A stretch of DNA of 55,426 bases. Origin: a virus (lineage: Duplodnaviria; Caudoviricetes). The DNA lies in the IMG/VR virus record IMGVR_UViG_3300045253_000025, positions 1 through 55,426 of that record, one strand, 5' to 3'. Each line of letters begins with the position of its first letter. The first letter of the stretch is position 1. The notes below the pieces were generated by a model, which was given only the letters and a program-made list of their open reading frames with translations, was not told the DNA's origin and searched no databases. This document shows positions 8,797 through 16,782 of the stretch, in pieces. A program made the translations under genes and the position numbers.

Positions 8797-10680
8797 TTAA
8801 TTCTCCGGGACTTGAACTAATGCGGTATGGCCGGGAGGAACCGTCTTGGTATCGAATTGGACGGATAAATTTCCCCGATTGGGAATGTCGGAGATGTCAT
8901 ACAGGTAATACCATGCAGAACCATAAACGGCAATCCCGCCGATCGTTCCGACTCGCTTCGAGGGGACCAGCGACCAGCGGAGGAGATGCGGCTCGTAAGA
9001 ACCGTCTCCGACTGTCTTGATTTTGGGGATCGGACAAGGATATCCAATTCGCAGGGCTCGCCCTCGCATCACGAGATAGATCGGGGAAGGACCACGAGAG
9101 TAGACGTGAGCAAAAGTCTGACCAGCGACAGCGGTCGATCCTCCGGTCGGAGTCGATAGCTGGAATGATTTTCCGTTGAGGTCGATTGTCGGGGGTTTGG
9201 TATCGTCTTGTGTTCCAGGGACAGTGACAGAAACAGCTTGAGTATCGGCAGAACATTCAATAGAGTTTTCAAAGAGCGTCCAAGAGGATTTTTCTGGAGG
9301 AGAAGTAGGAGCAAAGGAGACCGGAAGGGTCGTAACGCGAGCGGGATTAGGAAGCGGTGGGACTTGGACGGTTCCGATATTGCTGGTATCGGAGCGGCAG
9401 AAGTCTACGATTGGAGAGTCGTTAGTGTTATCGACCAGACCGGCGAAGCCGCGAGGACCGATCACGCTTTTGATCGAGTTGACCCAGCGAGGCCATGACC
9501 AGCCTGTCCCAGCGGAACCGGCAATCCCTGGATCAATGAACATCCGGCTTGTAACCAGGAATTGAGAGTAGGTCGTGCTGAATTCGATTGCTAGCTGGAA
9601 AGAAAACTGGCGGGCATAGATGGATTCGCGGACGCGAAGCGATCGGATGATCGGCTTGGTTACGAAATTGGTCTGGCCGATAAAACCCAGACGACCAGCA
9701 GCAACCATCTGGAAGATTTGCCAGGGCAGACCACGGCTCTGATTGGGATACATGCGGATCACGACTGAGAGCGAAGTCACCCAACGAGTTGTAGGGTAAG
9801 CTTTCTGATCGTCGTATTCGCCGGGAGAGTGCAGGGGAGCGATTGAGGGAGCGGAGCCTTTGGAAGTCAGAGAGCCTTGCGGGTTGACGGGAGAGATTTC
9901 CTGATCGGCCTGGATGTTCTCGACACCATCGGGGTAAGCAAACTCAGAGTCGATCTCTTTATCGACAATCACGAAGTTCATCAGCTTGCGATCTTCGGAG
10001 ACTTGATAATTGTCGGAGCGTTTGAAGCCGCCAGGGACGGGAAAGCTGAGTACGTCGCGGGCAGCTTCCGCCGTGGCGGTGATTCGACGACCGTTGCGAG
10101 CGACTCGAATCTGTAGCTGGCCGCGAATCGTGCGCGTCGTAAGACGGCGCTCATCGAGCGACCAGACGACTCCGAAAGCGAACTCTCCGAAGGGACCGGG
10201 TGAAGCTCCGGTTGGATCGCCCTGACAGTCGATCAGAGTAAAGGAGCAGGACCAGATCAATTGCAGAGCTTTGTTATCTCCAACCGGCTCCAGAGTCTCG
10301 ATATGTGGCTTAGGACCGAAGTCGATATCGTAGACCAGCGTCGTTCCGGCAGCGGGAGTATTGAGGGTGGTATCGGAAGTGATCGTCATGTTTCCGAAAC
10401 CGACTTGATTGAGAACAAGGTAAGAGCCGTAGGTCGAGAGCCGGGTACGGAGAGCCGGAATGTAAGCCGACATATCCAGCGAAGCGGTAGGAGCAGAGCC
10501 AGCGTCGAAAGCCATGACTTCGGAGGTCAGGATGGCCTGGACGGTTAGAGTGTACTTTCGCTTCGTAACCGTCCGACCGGAGATATCGGGAATTTCCTGC
10601 TGAGTAATTGACCAATGCGACTGAGCCGGAAAGACGAATCCGTTGTAGGCGATCTGGGATGTAGCAGGTAGGCGAGGCAT
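8797..10680 (-). CDS. Putative tail/baseplate protein
   Basis: 627 aa, directly after the tape-measure candidate, beta-rich. Confidence 0.5.
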   Translation of the reverse strand: MPRLPATSQIAYNGFVFPAQSHWSITQQEIPDISGRTVTKRKYTLTVQAILTSEVMAFDAGSAPTASLDMSAYIPALRTRLSTYGSYLVLNQVGFGNMTITSDTTLNTPAAGTTLVYDIDFGPKPHIETLEPVGDNKALQLIWSCSFTLIDCQGDPTGASPGPFGEFAFGVVWSLDERRLTTRTIRGQLQIRVARNGRRITATAEAARDVLSFPVPGGFKRSDNYQVSEDRKLMNFVIVDKEIDSEFAYPDGVENIQADQEISPVNPQGSLTSKGSAPSIAPLHSPGEYDDQKAYPTTRWVTSLSVVIRMYPNQSRGLPWQIFQMVAAGRLGFIGQTNFVTKPIIRSLRVRESIYARQFSFQLAIEFSTTYSQFLVTSRMFIDPGIAGSAGTGWSWPRWVNSIKSVIGPRGFAGLVDNTNDSPIVDFCRSDTSNIGTVQVPPLPNPARVTTLPVSFAPTSPPEKSSWTLFENSIECSADTQAVSVTVPGTQDDTKPPTIDLNGKSFQLSTPTGGSTAVAGQTFAHVYSRGPSPIYLVMRGRALRIGYPCPIPKIKTVGDGSYEPHLLRWSLVPSKRVGTIGGIAVYGSAWYYLYDISDIPNRGNLSVQFDTKTVPPGHTALVQVPEN

Positions 10681-10692
10681 ATAGCAAAGCGA

Positions 10693-11832
10693 TCAAAATA
10701 CTCCAGGTGGAATCGCTCCTTGAGGATTGAACGTCGAAGGACCGACCGGATTGAATTGCAGGGTATTAGGATTAGGAGTCAGGAGGTTGAGCAGAGCATC
10801 GAAGCCGCCTTTGTCATTCTCATTTACATCGACCAGTTTACCTAAGAGGATCAGAATCTCAGAGAGTCCCCAGGTGAAATAAGCCAGAGCAGCACGGAAG
10901 ACCACTTCCCAAAATTCGGGAGGAAGTTGGGAGAGCAAGCGACCTAGCAGCTTGAGCGGAGCGAGGATGCCCTTGAGAATTTCGATGATCGTCTCGAAGG
11001 CAGGACCGAAGACGTTAACGAAGTCGGCCAGGATTTCTTGAATCTCCTGGAGGATGTCTGTCACCTTCTGCATGATCTGAGCGAGTTCGGGACCGGCAGT
11101 CTCTGCGACGTACTGACCCGTCTGGACTTGAGTGACCTCTCGCTCGGCTAGAGCTTGCTGGATATCGCCGGAGTAAGTCTCCGCAATATCGGTGAGCTTG
11201 GAGAGGGCTTCCCCGGCTGCGACGGCTCCGACGATCAAGGCTCCGAAAGGTCCAGTTGCTTCGACAGCGGCTCCGGCTGCGATGCCTGCTCCGGCTCCCA
11301 GAACGGACGAGCCGGTTGCAGAGCCGACTCCAGCAGCAGCGGCGGTTCCCACGACTTCGGGGGTCAGGAGGCTCTTGAGCTTGGCAAATAAGCCGTCTGG
11401 TTCTTTGGCTTCCTTATTCCCCTTACGCATGATCTTTTCCAGATCATCCATATGCTCCTTGAAGTCTTTAACAGCCTTAGCTTCAGCCTCAAAGTCGGGC
11501 AGAGACCCTAGCGGGTCTTCTGAAGAAGAAGATGAACCGGCTTTGGCTCCGCCGAAGAAGTCGGCGGGAGACATCCGTTCTTGTTCTTCAGGGCTGCTTT
11601 TTTTGTTCTTCTTGCCTCGACCCATCGGATCGGCATTTGCGCCAGCCCAAGGCTCCATAGGCGGAGCAGCGAAGGGACCGTAAGAGCCGGAGGGCTGCTG
11701 GAAGGCAGCTTGCCCCTTGGGATCGAGATGCGGGTAGCGGCGATAGAACCGCTTGGACTCCTCCTCCAGATTGGACGGGCCTTTGTCGCCGGAATCGACT
11801 AACTCAATTTTGAGGCGGGCTTCTTCGGCCAT
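10693..11832 (-). CDS. Putative short tape measure protein
   Basis: Ala/Gly-rich and amphipathic helical segments; follows the tail tube; only 379 aa. Confidence 0.55.
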   Translation of the reverse strand: MAEEARLKIELVDSGDKGPSNLEEESKRFYRRYPHLDPKGQAAFQQPSGSYGPFAAPPMEPWAGANADPMGRGKKNKKSSPEEQERMSPADFFGGAKAGSSSSSEDPLGSLPDFEAEAKAVKDFKEHMDDLEKIMRKGNKEAKEPDGLFAKLKSLLTPEVVGTAAAAGVGSATGSSVLGAGAGIAAGAAVEATGPFGALIVGAVAAGEALSKLTDIAETYSGDIQQALAEREVTQVQTGQYVAETAGPELAQIMQKVTDILQEIQEILADFVNVFGPAFETIIEILKGILAPLKLLGRLLSQLPPEFWEVVFRAALAYFTWGLSEILILLGKLVDVNENDKGGFDALLNLLTPNPNTLQFNPVGPSTFNPQGAIPPGVF

Positions 11833-11847
11833 AGGAGAAGAATCCTC

Positions 11848-12366
11848 CTATGCGAGAGTGAAGAACTTGTTGACCGACGAAGCGGTAAAGGGGAGAGCTA
11901 CAAATTGCAGCGGGATACGCCGGAGACGGGGAGCCAGTAGATGCGAGACATTGAATCCGGGAGCAAGGACAGCGTTAGTAAACGTAGCGGTCGTAAAGCT
12001 GGGAGCGCCAGCGGCAGCGGGCGTATTGGCGACGGCAGTCAAAACTAACGCGGCGGATTTGGTAGAGAGCAGCGAGCCGATAATCCCAGCGTCCATCACT
12101 CCGAAGACGGTCCCCAAGAACCAGTACGAGGAAAGGACTTTGCCCCATTCCGTGAGCGTGAAGTCGATTGTCATGTAGCCGGAGACTCCTCGCATGACGG
12201 CATCCTGAGTCGTGTCTCCGAAATTGTCTCCCCGGATTTCCTCGACGGCTTTGGAATAAGAGAAGCGAATCCCGTCCTCGATCTGACCGAGAGACGTACC
12301 TCCCAGAGTTACGGTATAACCGCCTGAGATGAACGTGAAATTGAGTTGGTCAACGGCGACGGACAT
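11848..12366 (-). CDS. Major tail (tube) protein
   Basis: LGQIEDGIRFSY...I.GD..G...D pattern; size and position fit. Confidence 0.7.
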   Translation of the reverse strand: MSVAVDQLNFTFISGGYTVTLGGTSLGQIEDGIRFSYSKAVEEIRGDNFGDTTQDAVMRGVSGYMTIDFTLTEWGKVLSSYWFLGTVFGVMDAGIIGSLLSTKSAALVLTAVANTPAAAGAPSFTTATFTNAVLAPGFNVSHLLAPRLRRIPLQFVALPFTASSVNKFFTLA

Positions 12367-12369
12367 TGT

Positions 12370-12558
12370 TTACTTTCCAAATTCTTTCGGGAATCGCTTG
12401 TAGGAATTGCGGAGCCATTTTGCGCCCTTGGTTCCTAGATGGGATCGAGTTTGGCGGAGGTCTTTAGCGAATGATTTTCGATCGAAGCCGCGATACTTCG
12501 CGTGATACTCCCTTCGAGCTTTGAGACCTTTTATCAGTCGCTTGGTTCCAGTCTTCAT
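12370..12558 (-). CDS. Small basic tagged-family protein (MKTGTKRLIKGL)
   Basis: 62 aa, canonical tag, ATGA overlap. Confidence 0.85.
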   Translation of the reverse strand: MKTGTKRLIKGLKARREYHAKYRGFDRKSFAKDLRQTRSHLGTKGAKWLRNSYKRFPKEFGK

Positions 12559-12929
12559 TCTTCTTCCTCCGCTTCAGTGTCTTTGATCGTCTGAGAGCAG
12601 TCGTAGCAGGTGCAGGCGACCGGCTCTGCCGTCAGATGCTTAACCTTGGCTCGCTTCCGTCCGCAAGCGATGGAGAACGCTTTATGCGGCTGGAGATTGG
12701 AGCCGTCGATCTCGCCAGCAGGATCGGGTACGAGCAGATGGATGATCTCCAGACGAGTCAGGTGTTCGGTGGACTTACACTTCGGGCATTGGTGGGAATC
12801 AGGAGCGTCGATGTCGAGGAAGAAGCAAGTCTTCCGCCAGTAATCGGCAGCGAGACATTCCGGGGAATCGCAGCGGAACGGTCGGAGACGTTTGCCGGTT
12901 GCTTCGATAGTGGCTTGTTCGGTGGTCAT
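12555..12929 (-). CDS. Cys-rich Zn-binding protein
   Basis: CDSPEC, CPKC, CTCYDC. Confidence 0.65.
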   Translation of the reverse strand: MTTEQATIEATGKRLRPFRCDSPECLAADYWRKTCFFLDIDAPDSHQCPKCKSTEHLTRLEIIHLLVPDPAGEIDGSNLQPHKAFSIACGRKRAKVKHLTAEPVACTCYDCSQTIKDTEAEEEE

Positions 12930-13099
12930 ACTTTTGCAAAGGGAGATCGACCCTCTCGTTTAATCGAGTCTCGATAAGATTTTTTCCCTACTCGGAATTG
13001 AGACTCCCGATGATACCGATTTTGACCCTTGCGATCTCCTTTTCGACGAGATAGCTGCCATCGGAATCCCTTCATCAGCCTTTTCGTTCCGGTTCTCAT
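12926..13099 (-). CDS. Small basic tagged-family protein (MRTGTKRLMKGF)
   Basis: 57 aa by manual translation; ATGA overlaps at both ends. Confidence 0.85.
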   Translation of the reverse strand: MRTGTKRLMKGFRWQLSRRKGDRKGQNRYHRESQFRVGKKSYRDSIKREGRSPFAKV

Positions 13100-13653
13100 T
13101 CTTCCTCCGTTATGTCGGCTCCGACTGCCTGGATTCTTCTTGCTCCGCCAAAATAAGCGGTCATCGTCCAGGCGGCAATGGATTCTGATTGTGCGGTGCT
13201 AAATATCCAATCGCCGGTACGAGGGACGGGAGCGGGATCGTTCCCCTGCCAGCGGAGGTATTCGATGATTGGTCTCGTGTCGAAGTCAGGTAGGAGAGCA
13301 TTGGCTTGTTGGATCAGTTCAGGGCGTTTGTGCAGGGCGATGATGATCTTTCGCAGGAGTGGCTCGAAGCCTTTGAGGTTCTTGAGGAATAGCTCCTTCA
13401 TCTTGACATCTTCAGGAGCGATCGGGGCACGAAGCGTAATCGTGACTCCGATATCGTAGACCTCGTCTAAAATCTCCATCCCGTCAGGGATGTCTCCGGG
13501 TTTCCAAGCCAGCGGGTGGATTGCCACGAATCGCTTGCCGAAATTGGGATTAGGTTGACCATCTTCTTGGCACTGACACTCGTTATCGGTAAAGCCTACG
13601 TCCGGCTGGCGCAGGCGGTCTTGAACGGCTTGGAGGACGGCGGCTAAGGACAT
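13096..13653 (-). CDS. Putative tail terminator/completion protein
   Basis: Position and size between neck genes and tail tube. Confidence 0.55.
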   Translation of the reverse strand: MSLAAVLQAVQDRLRQPDVGFTDNECQCQEDGQPNPNFGKRFVAIHPLAWKPGDIPDGMEILDEVYDIGVTITLRAPIAPEDVKMKELFLKNLKGFEPLLRKIIIALHKRPELIQQANALLPDFDTRPIIEYLRWQGNDPAPVPRTGDWIFSTAQSESIAAWTMTAYFGGARRIQAVGADITEEE

Positions 13654-13660
13654 TCATTCT

Positions 13661-14404
13661 CTACTTCCCTAACCTCTCGGCAAAGTATTTGACGGTGGAC
13701 TTCCCCGCTTCGACCAGAGCTTCATTGAGCCAAGGGCGGATTCGAGATTGGGGAGGCCAGAAGGGACGCATCTTGTGTTGATACCCGGCATAAGGGACTT
13801 TCGAGCCAATGGAAATTTCGCTCTGACTGACCTCGAAAATCTGATCTTGTGGGAAGGTGTAGCTGACTTCGTTTATCCTGCCAGGGGTCAGGGATTTAAT
13901 CAAGCGGTCGGAGACTCGCATAATATCGACTTTCCGATTGCCCAGGGTCTCCAGCCGGGTTTTGGCTCCCATCGACTTCAGGACTGCCCAGGCGATTTGG
14001 GAGGCTTGAGCTTTGGCTTTGGCTTCTCCGATCTTGGAAGCGAGGCGCTTGAGATTGGAGAAGAAAATCCCCCGCCATAATTTGTCTTCCCCCGGAGTGA
14101 GCAGACCGCGTACCCTCTTGCCAACGATCCCAACTCGCTTGAGTTCGCCCTTAGTGATGGGCCTAGCGGCGATGGTTTCCCGCTTGAGCGGTCTCCAGGA
14201 GTATCCCAGATCGTCGGTTCCTCCTTTGCTCTTGATGAGCCACTGGCGGTAGATTTTCTGAAGAAGAAAGTAGGCTAAGTGAGTGCGGAAGAATTGGCCG
14301 ATTTTGTATTCGTCGGGGAGTCGTCCATCGAGGATGCCGGGGAGCTTGTGCAGGAGGGCTTTGAGTTGACGCTTGGAGCCTCGATATTTTACGGCTGTCT
14401 CCAT
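13661..14404 (-). CDS. Virion morphogenesis protein (Mu gpG-like)
   Basis: W.PL...T, L..SL, IGSKVPYAGYQH..RPF motifs. Confidence 0.7.
   Translation of the reverse strand: METAVKYRGSKRQLKALLHKLPGILDGRLPDEYKIGQFFRTHLAYFLLQKIYRQWLIKSKGGTDDLGYSWRPLKRETIAARPITKGELKRVGIVGKRVRGLLTPGEDKLWRGIFFSNLKRLASKIGEAKAKAQASQIAWAVLKSMGAKTRLETLGNRKVDIMRVSDRLIKSLTPGRINEVSYTFPQDQIFEVSQSEISIGSKVPYAGYQHKMRPFWPPQSRIRPWLNEALVEAGKSTVKYFAERLGK
14255..14269. promoter_or_regulatory. Motif B palindrome TTTCT-N5-AGAAA; exact copies also at 3291, 6555, 19020, 27087, 29682, 30084, 40955, 53206
   Basis: Nine exact copies found by eye, plus near-matches. Confidence 0.7.
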
Positions 14405-14415
14405 ACCCTAATGTA

Positions 14416-14934
14416 CTATCGGAAGAGGTTATCGTATCCGAGCCATTGCGGGTCGTTGTCTTGACGGTCGTAAGTTCCACCGACCTGAGTTACAGGCTGG
14501 ACTCTGACCTTAGCCGTCGTGAAGTGATCGTCAATTCTGTAGTTCGAGAGCGAGGGACACATATTGCCACGGTTCGCTAGACCGGGGACTTGCAACTGAC
14601 CGGCTTGGATTCGCTCCAGGATTGCTAGGACTCGCTGATACTCGTCCTCGTACTGGCCTGGATCGCCCCGACGCTTGGAGAGGAAGTAGCAACCGACTTT
14701 CGTTGCCCAGCGGCGGACGATCTTGGAAGCTTTGAGATCGACCGGCTCATACCAGTTTTCCAGGTACAGGTAGATCGTCTGGGAAGCTTCGTCGATTACG
14801 TCTTGCAGGGAATCGGTCTGATCGTCTCCGGTTCCGTCGTCATCCAGCCGGAGATCGACGCCGGTACGAGACCAGACCCGCTCCAATTCGGCGCGTGTCG
14901 TTAAGTCGTAGAGTGTCGGATCGGCGACGGACAT
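14416..14934 (-). CDS. Head-tail adaptor (Mu gp36/DUF1320-like)
   Basis: IDEAS..I..YL...Y, Y.L..RR, Y......LE.I..G pattern. Confidence 0.75.
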   Translation of the reverse strand: MSVADPTLYDLTTRAELERVWSRTGVDLRLDDDGTGDDQTDSLQDVIDEASQTIYLYLENWYEPVDLKASKIVRRWATKVGCYFLSKRRGDPGQYEDEYQRVLAILERIQAGQLQVPGLANRGNMCPSLSNYRIDDHFTTAKVRVQPVTQVGGTYDRQDNDPQWLGYDNLFR

Positions 14935-15110
14935 TATAGCGGCAAGTCTCCATGACTCTTAAGACGTTGTTTCGTTTGTCGTGGTCGTAGCTTTCTCGAC
15001 CCTCGAAGGAATTTTGCTAATACCCGGCGATGAGTTCCGGGATGATATGCGGCTTGGTCTTGTTTCCAATTCTTCAAACCAGCGATTAGCCTAGATGTTC
15101 CTTTTCTCAT
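14934..15110 (-). CDS. Small basic tagged-family protein (MRKGTSRLIAGL)
   Basis: 58 aa from ATG 15110. Confidence 0.85.
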   Translation of the reverse strand: MRKGTSRLIAGLKNWKQDQAAYHPGTHRRVLAKFLRGSRKLRPRQTKQRLKSHGDLPL

Positions 15111-15112
15111 CT

Positions 15113-15448
15113 TCAAACTCCGAAAGGCCGGTTCGAGGCTGGGAACACCCGCTCCCACTTGATCGCGTAATTCGATGCACTGACTACAATCTTATACCTG
15201 CTGCCATCAGATAAAGAAACGGCTGATAAGTCAACAGTCCCTCGGTAATGCCCATTGTCGATGGAGATTCCCCCGTCTCCGACATGAGGCATCGAGACTG
15301 CCGTTGCGCCGGAGAGAGCATTCCCGCTCGAATCGTAGATTGTGAAAGTCAAGATGGCATCGGTAACAGCAACATTCGTCAGAGCGTTCTTGAGCGGCTC
15401 CGTCGTGAATACGTCGAGCGAGTTGTCGAGGGGGATGAAGTCGATCAT
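15113..15448 (-). CDS. Small beta-rich structural protein
   Basis: Ig-like composition, structural region. Confidence 0.55.
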   Translation of the reverse strand: MIDFIPLDNSLDVFTTEPLKNALTNVAVTDAILTFTIYDSSGNALSGATAVSMPHVGDGGISIDNGHYRGTVDLSAVSLSDGSRYKIVVSASNYAIKWERVFPASNRPFGV

Positions 15449-15451
15449 GCG

Positions 15452-15640
15452 TCAATCATCGAGAGCTAGCTTGGCCTGATAATGCGGCTCGATCGAGAGC
15501 TTGGATTGGTAATGCGGTTCAATGGCAAAATGAGACAGGAGGGAGATGCCGGGGGGAGTGGGACCGGCAGACTCGTAACCTTGGGTGATTGGAAACCCGG
15601 ACAGGAAGCCTTGCGTGATGATCGTATCGGAAGGAAGCAT
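15452..15640 (-). CDS. Small hypothetical protein with internal repeats
   Basis: ITQG twice and IEPHYQ twice; preceded by motif A with SD. Confidence 0.6.
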   Translation of the reverse strand: MLPSDTIITQGFLSGFPITQGYESAGPTPPGISLLSHFAIEPHYQSKLSIEPHYQAKLALDD

Positions 15641-15667
15641 ATACCCCTTTGAGTTTTGTGAGAAGTA

Positions 15668-15841
15668 TTATCGGGTAGTTTTCAGGGAACGGACCAGCTT
15701 TCGGTAACGGCCTGCATTTCCTCCTCGACGTTCGGAGCGGTGCATCCTAGAAACCTCTGAACGACTATGACCGATCCCGCCAACATATTTATTGCGGATC
15801 GAGCGAAGATTTTTTATCAGCTTTTTGGTTCCCGATCTCAT
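15668..15841 (-). CDS. Small basic tagged-family protein (MRSGTKKLIKNL)
   Basis: 57 aa by manual translation; ATGA overlap. Confidence 0.85.
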   Translation of the reverse strand: MRSGTKKLIKNLRSIRNKYVGGIGHSRSEVSRMHRSERRGGNAGRYRKLVRSLKTTR

Positions 15842-16413
15842 TGCGGAGTCCTCGTGGATGGAGCGGTTACGGAATCGAGCAAGAAGGAAGTCACGACAGT
15901 CACGTTATCAGAAGCGTAGAGAGTCAAGACTTTGGTTGTACGGTTGATCGCCCATTTGCCGAAGCCTTGAGCGCGGGCAGCGTTGAGACAGTCAGCCAGA
16001 GTATGGGCAACGTTTCCCGTCGAAGGGATAGCGAGGTCTTTGATGGCGAAGTTGTCGTAAGCATCGACGATCCGAGTCCCATTGCAGAATAAAATTTGGG
16101 GTGGGATGTCTACGCGGTGGGCGTTAGGAGCGGGAGTCGCATCGTAAGCCAGGACGAAGTAGGTTCCAGCACTCGCCAAGAGAGCGGCAGGGAAGGTTGC
16201 TCGGAACAGGCCGGTTCCGGTTCCGTTGGTCATGGTCGTCTCTTGAGTGAGCGTGATCGCTCCGGCTGGGAATTGGGCGTCAGTTGTAGCGGAGAGCAAA
16301 GTCAGGGTTGCTCCTGAACCACGATAGACTCCTAGACCGCCTGACAAGGTTCCGAAGATCAGAGCCTTGGTAATCGTCTTGTTGGCGTCGATAAATTGAA
16401 TTTCGTTTGCCAC
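15838..16413 (-). CDS. Putative structural protein
   Basis: 191 aa, Thr/Ala-rich. Confidence 0.55.
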   Translation of the reverse strand: MANEIQFIDANKTITKALIFGTLSGGLGVYRGSGATLTLLSATTDAQFPAGAITLTQETTMTNGTGTGLFRATFPAALLASAGTYFVLAYDATPAPNAHRVDIPPQILFCNGTRIVDAYDNFAIKDLAIPSTGNVAHTLADCLNAARAQGFGKWAINRTTKVLTLYASDNVTVVTSFLLDSVTAPSTRTPQ

Positions 16414-16425
16414 GACTGATTAAAT

Positions 16426-16764
16426 TTAAAACACCTTTGCGAGTTGTATTGCTACATTGATGCTGGCACTGTTCCAAGCGACCACAGCTTGCAGATAGAG
16501 CGTCGTATCCGCCGACGTACTGAAAATTCGTTTGAGTAGAGTAGCATCGGGAATAAATCCTAGAAGATTTGCACCGATAGTCAGAGCTACTACAACGTCT
16601 ACTCCTCCGTCCGTCGTGCCGATCCTCAATCCGCCAGTGATGGCGTTGCCGGTGGTGTTATTGATGTAGATGCCGGTAATGGCATGGTTCTTTGGGACCG
16701 TGACCGTACCGTTTGCGGCAAGCGTGGCTTGAATCGTTTTAGTGGCGTAAGGATCATAACCCAT
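16426..16764 (-). CDS. Putative fibre-associated structural protein
   Basis: 112 aa, beta-rich, downstream of the fibre gene. Confidence 0.55.
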   Translation of the reverse strand: MGYDPYATKTIQATLAANGTVTVPKNHAITGIYINNTTGNAITGGLRIGTTDGGVDVVVALTIGANLLGFIPDATLLKRIFSTSADTTLYLQAVVAWNSASINVAIQLAKVF

Positions 16765-16782
16765 ATTTTCACAGACTCCGAT

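Noticed and set aside
13661-14404. RGSKRQL near the N-terminus as another copy of the tag
   Set aside because: It lacks the invariant Thr and may be chance in a basic protein.
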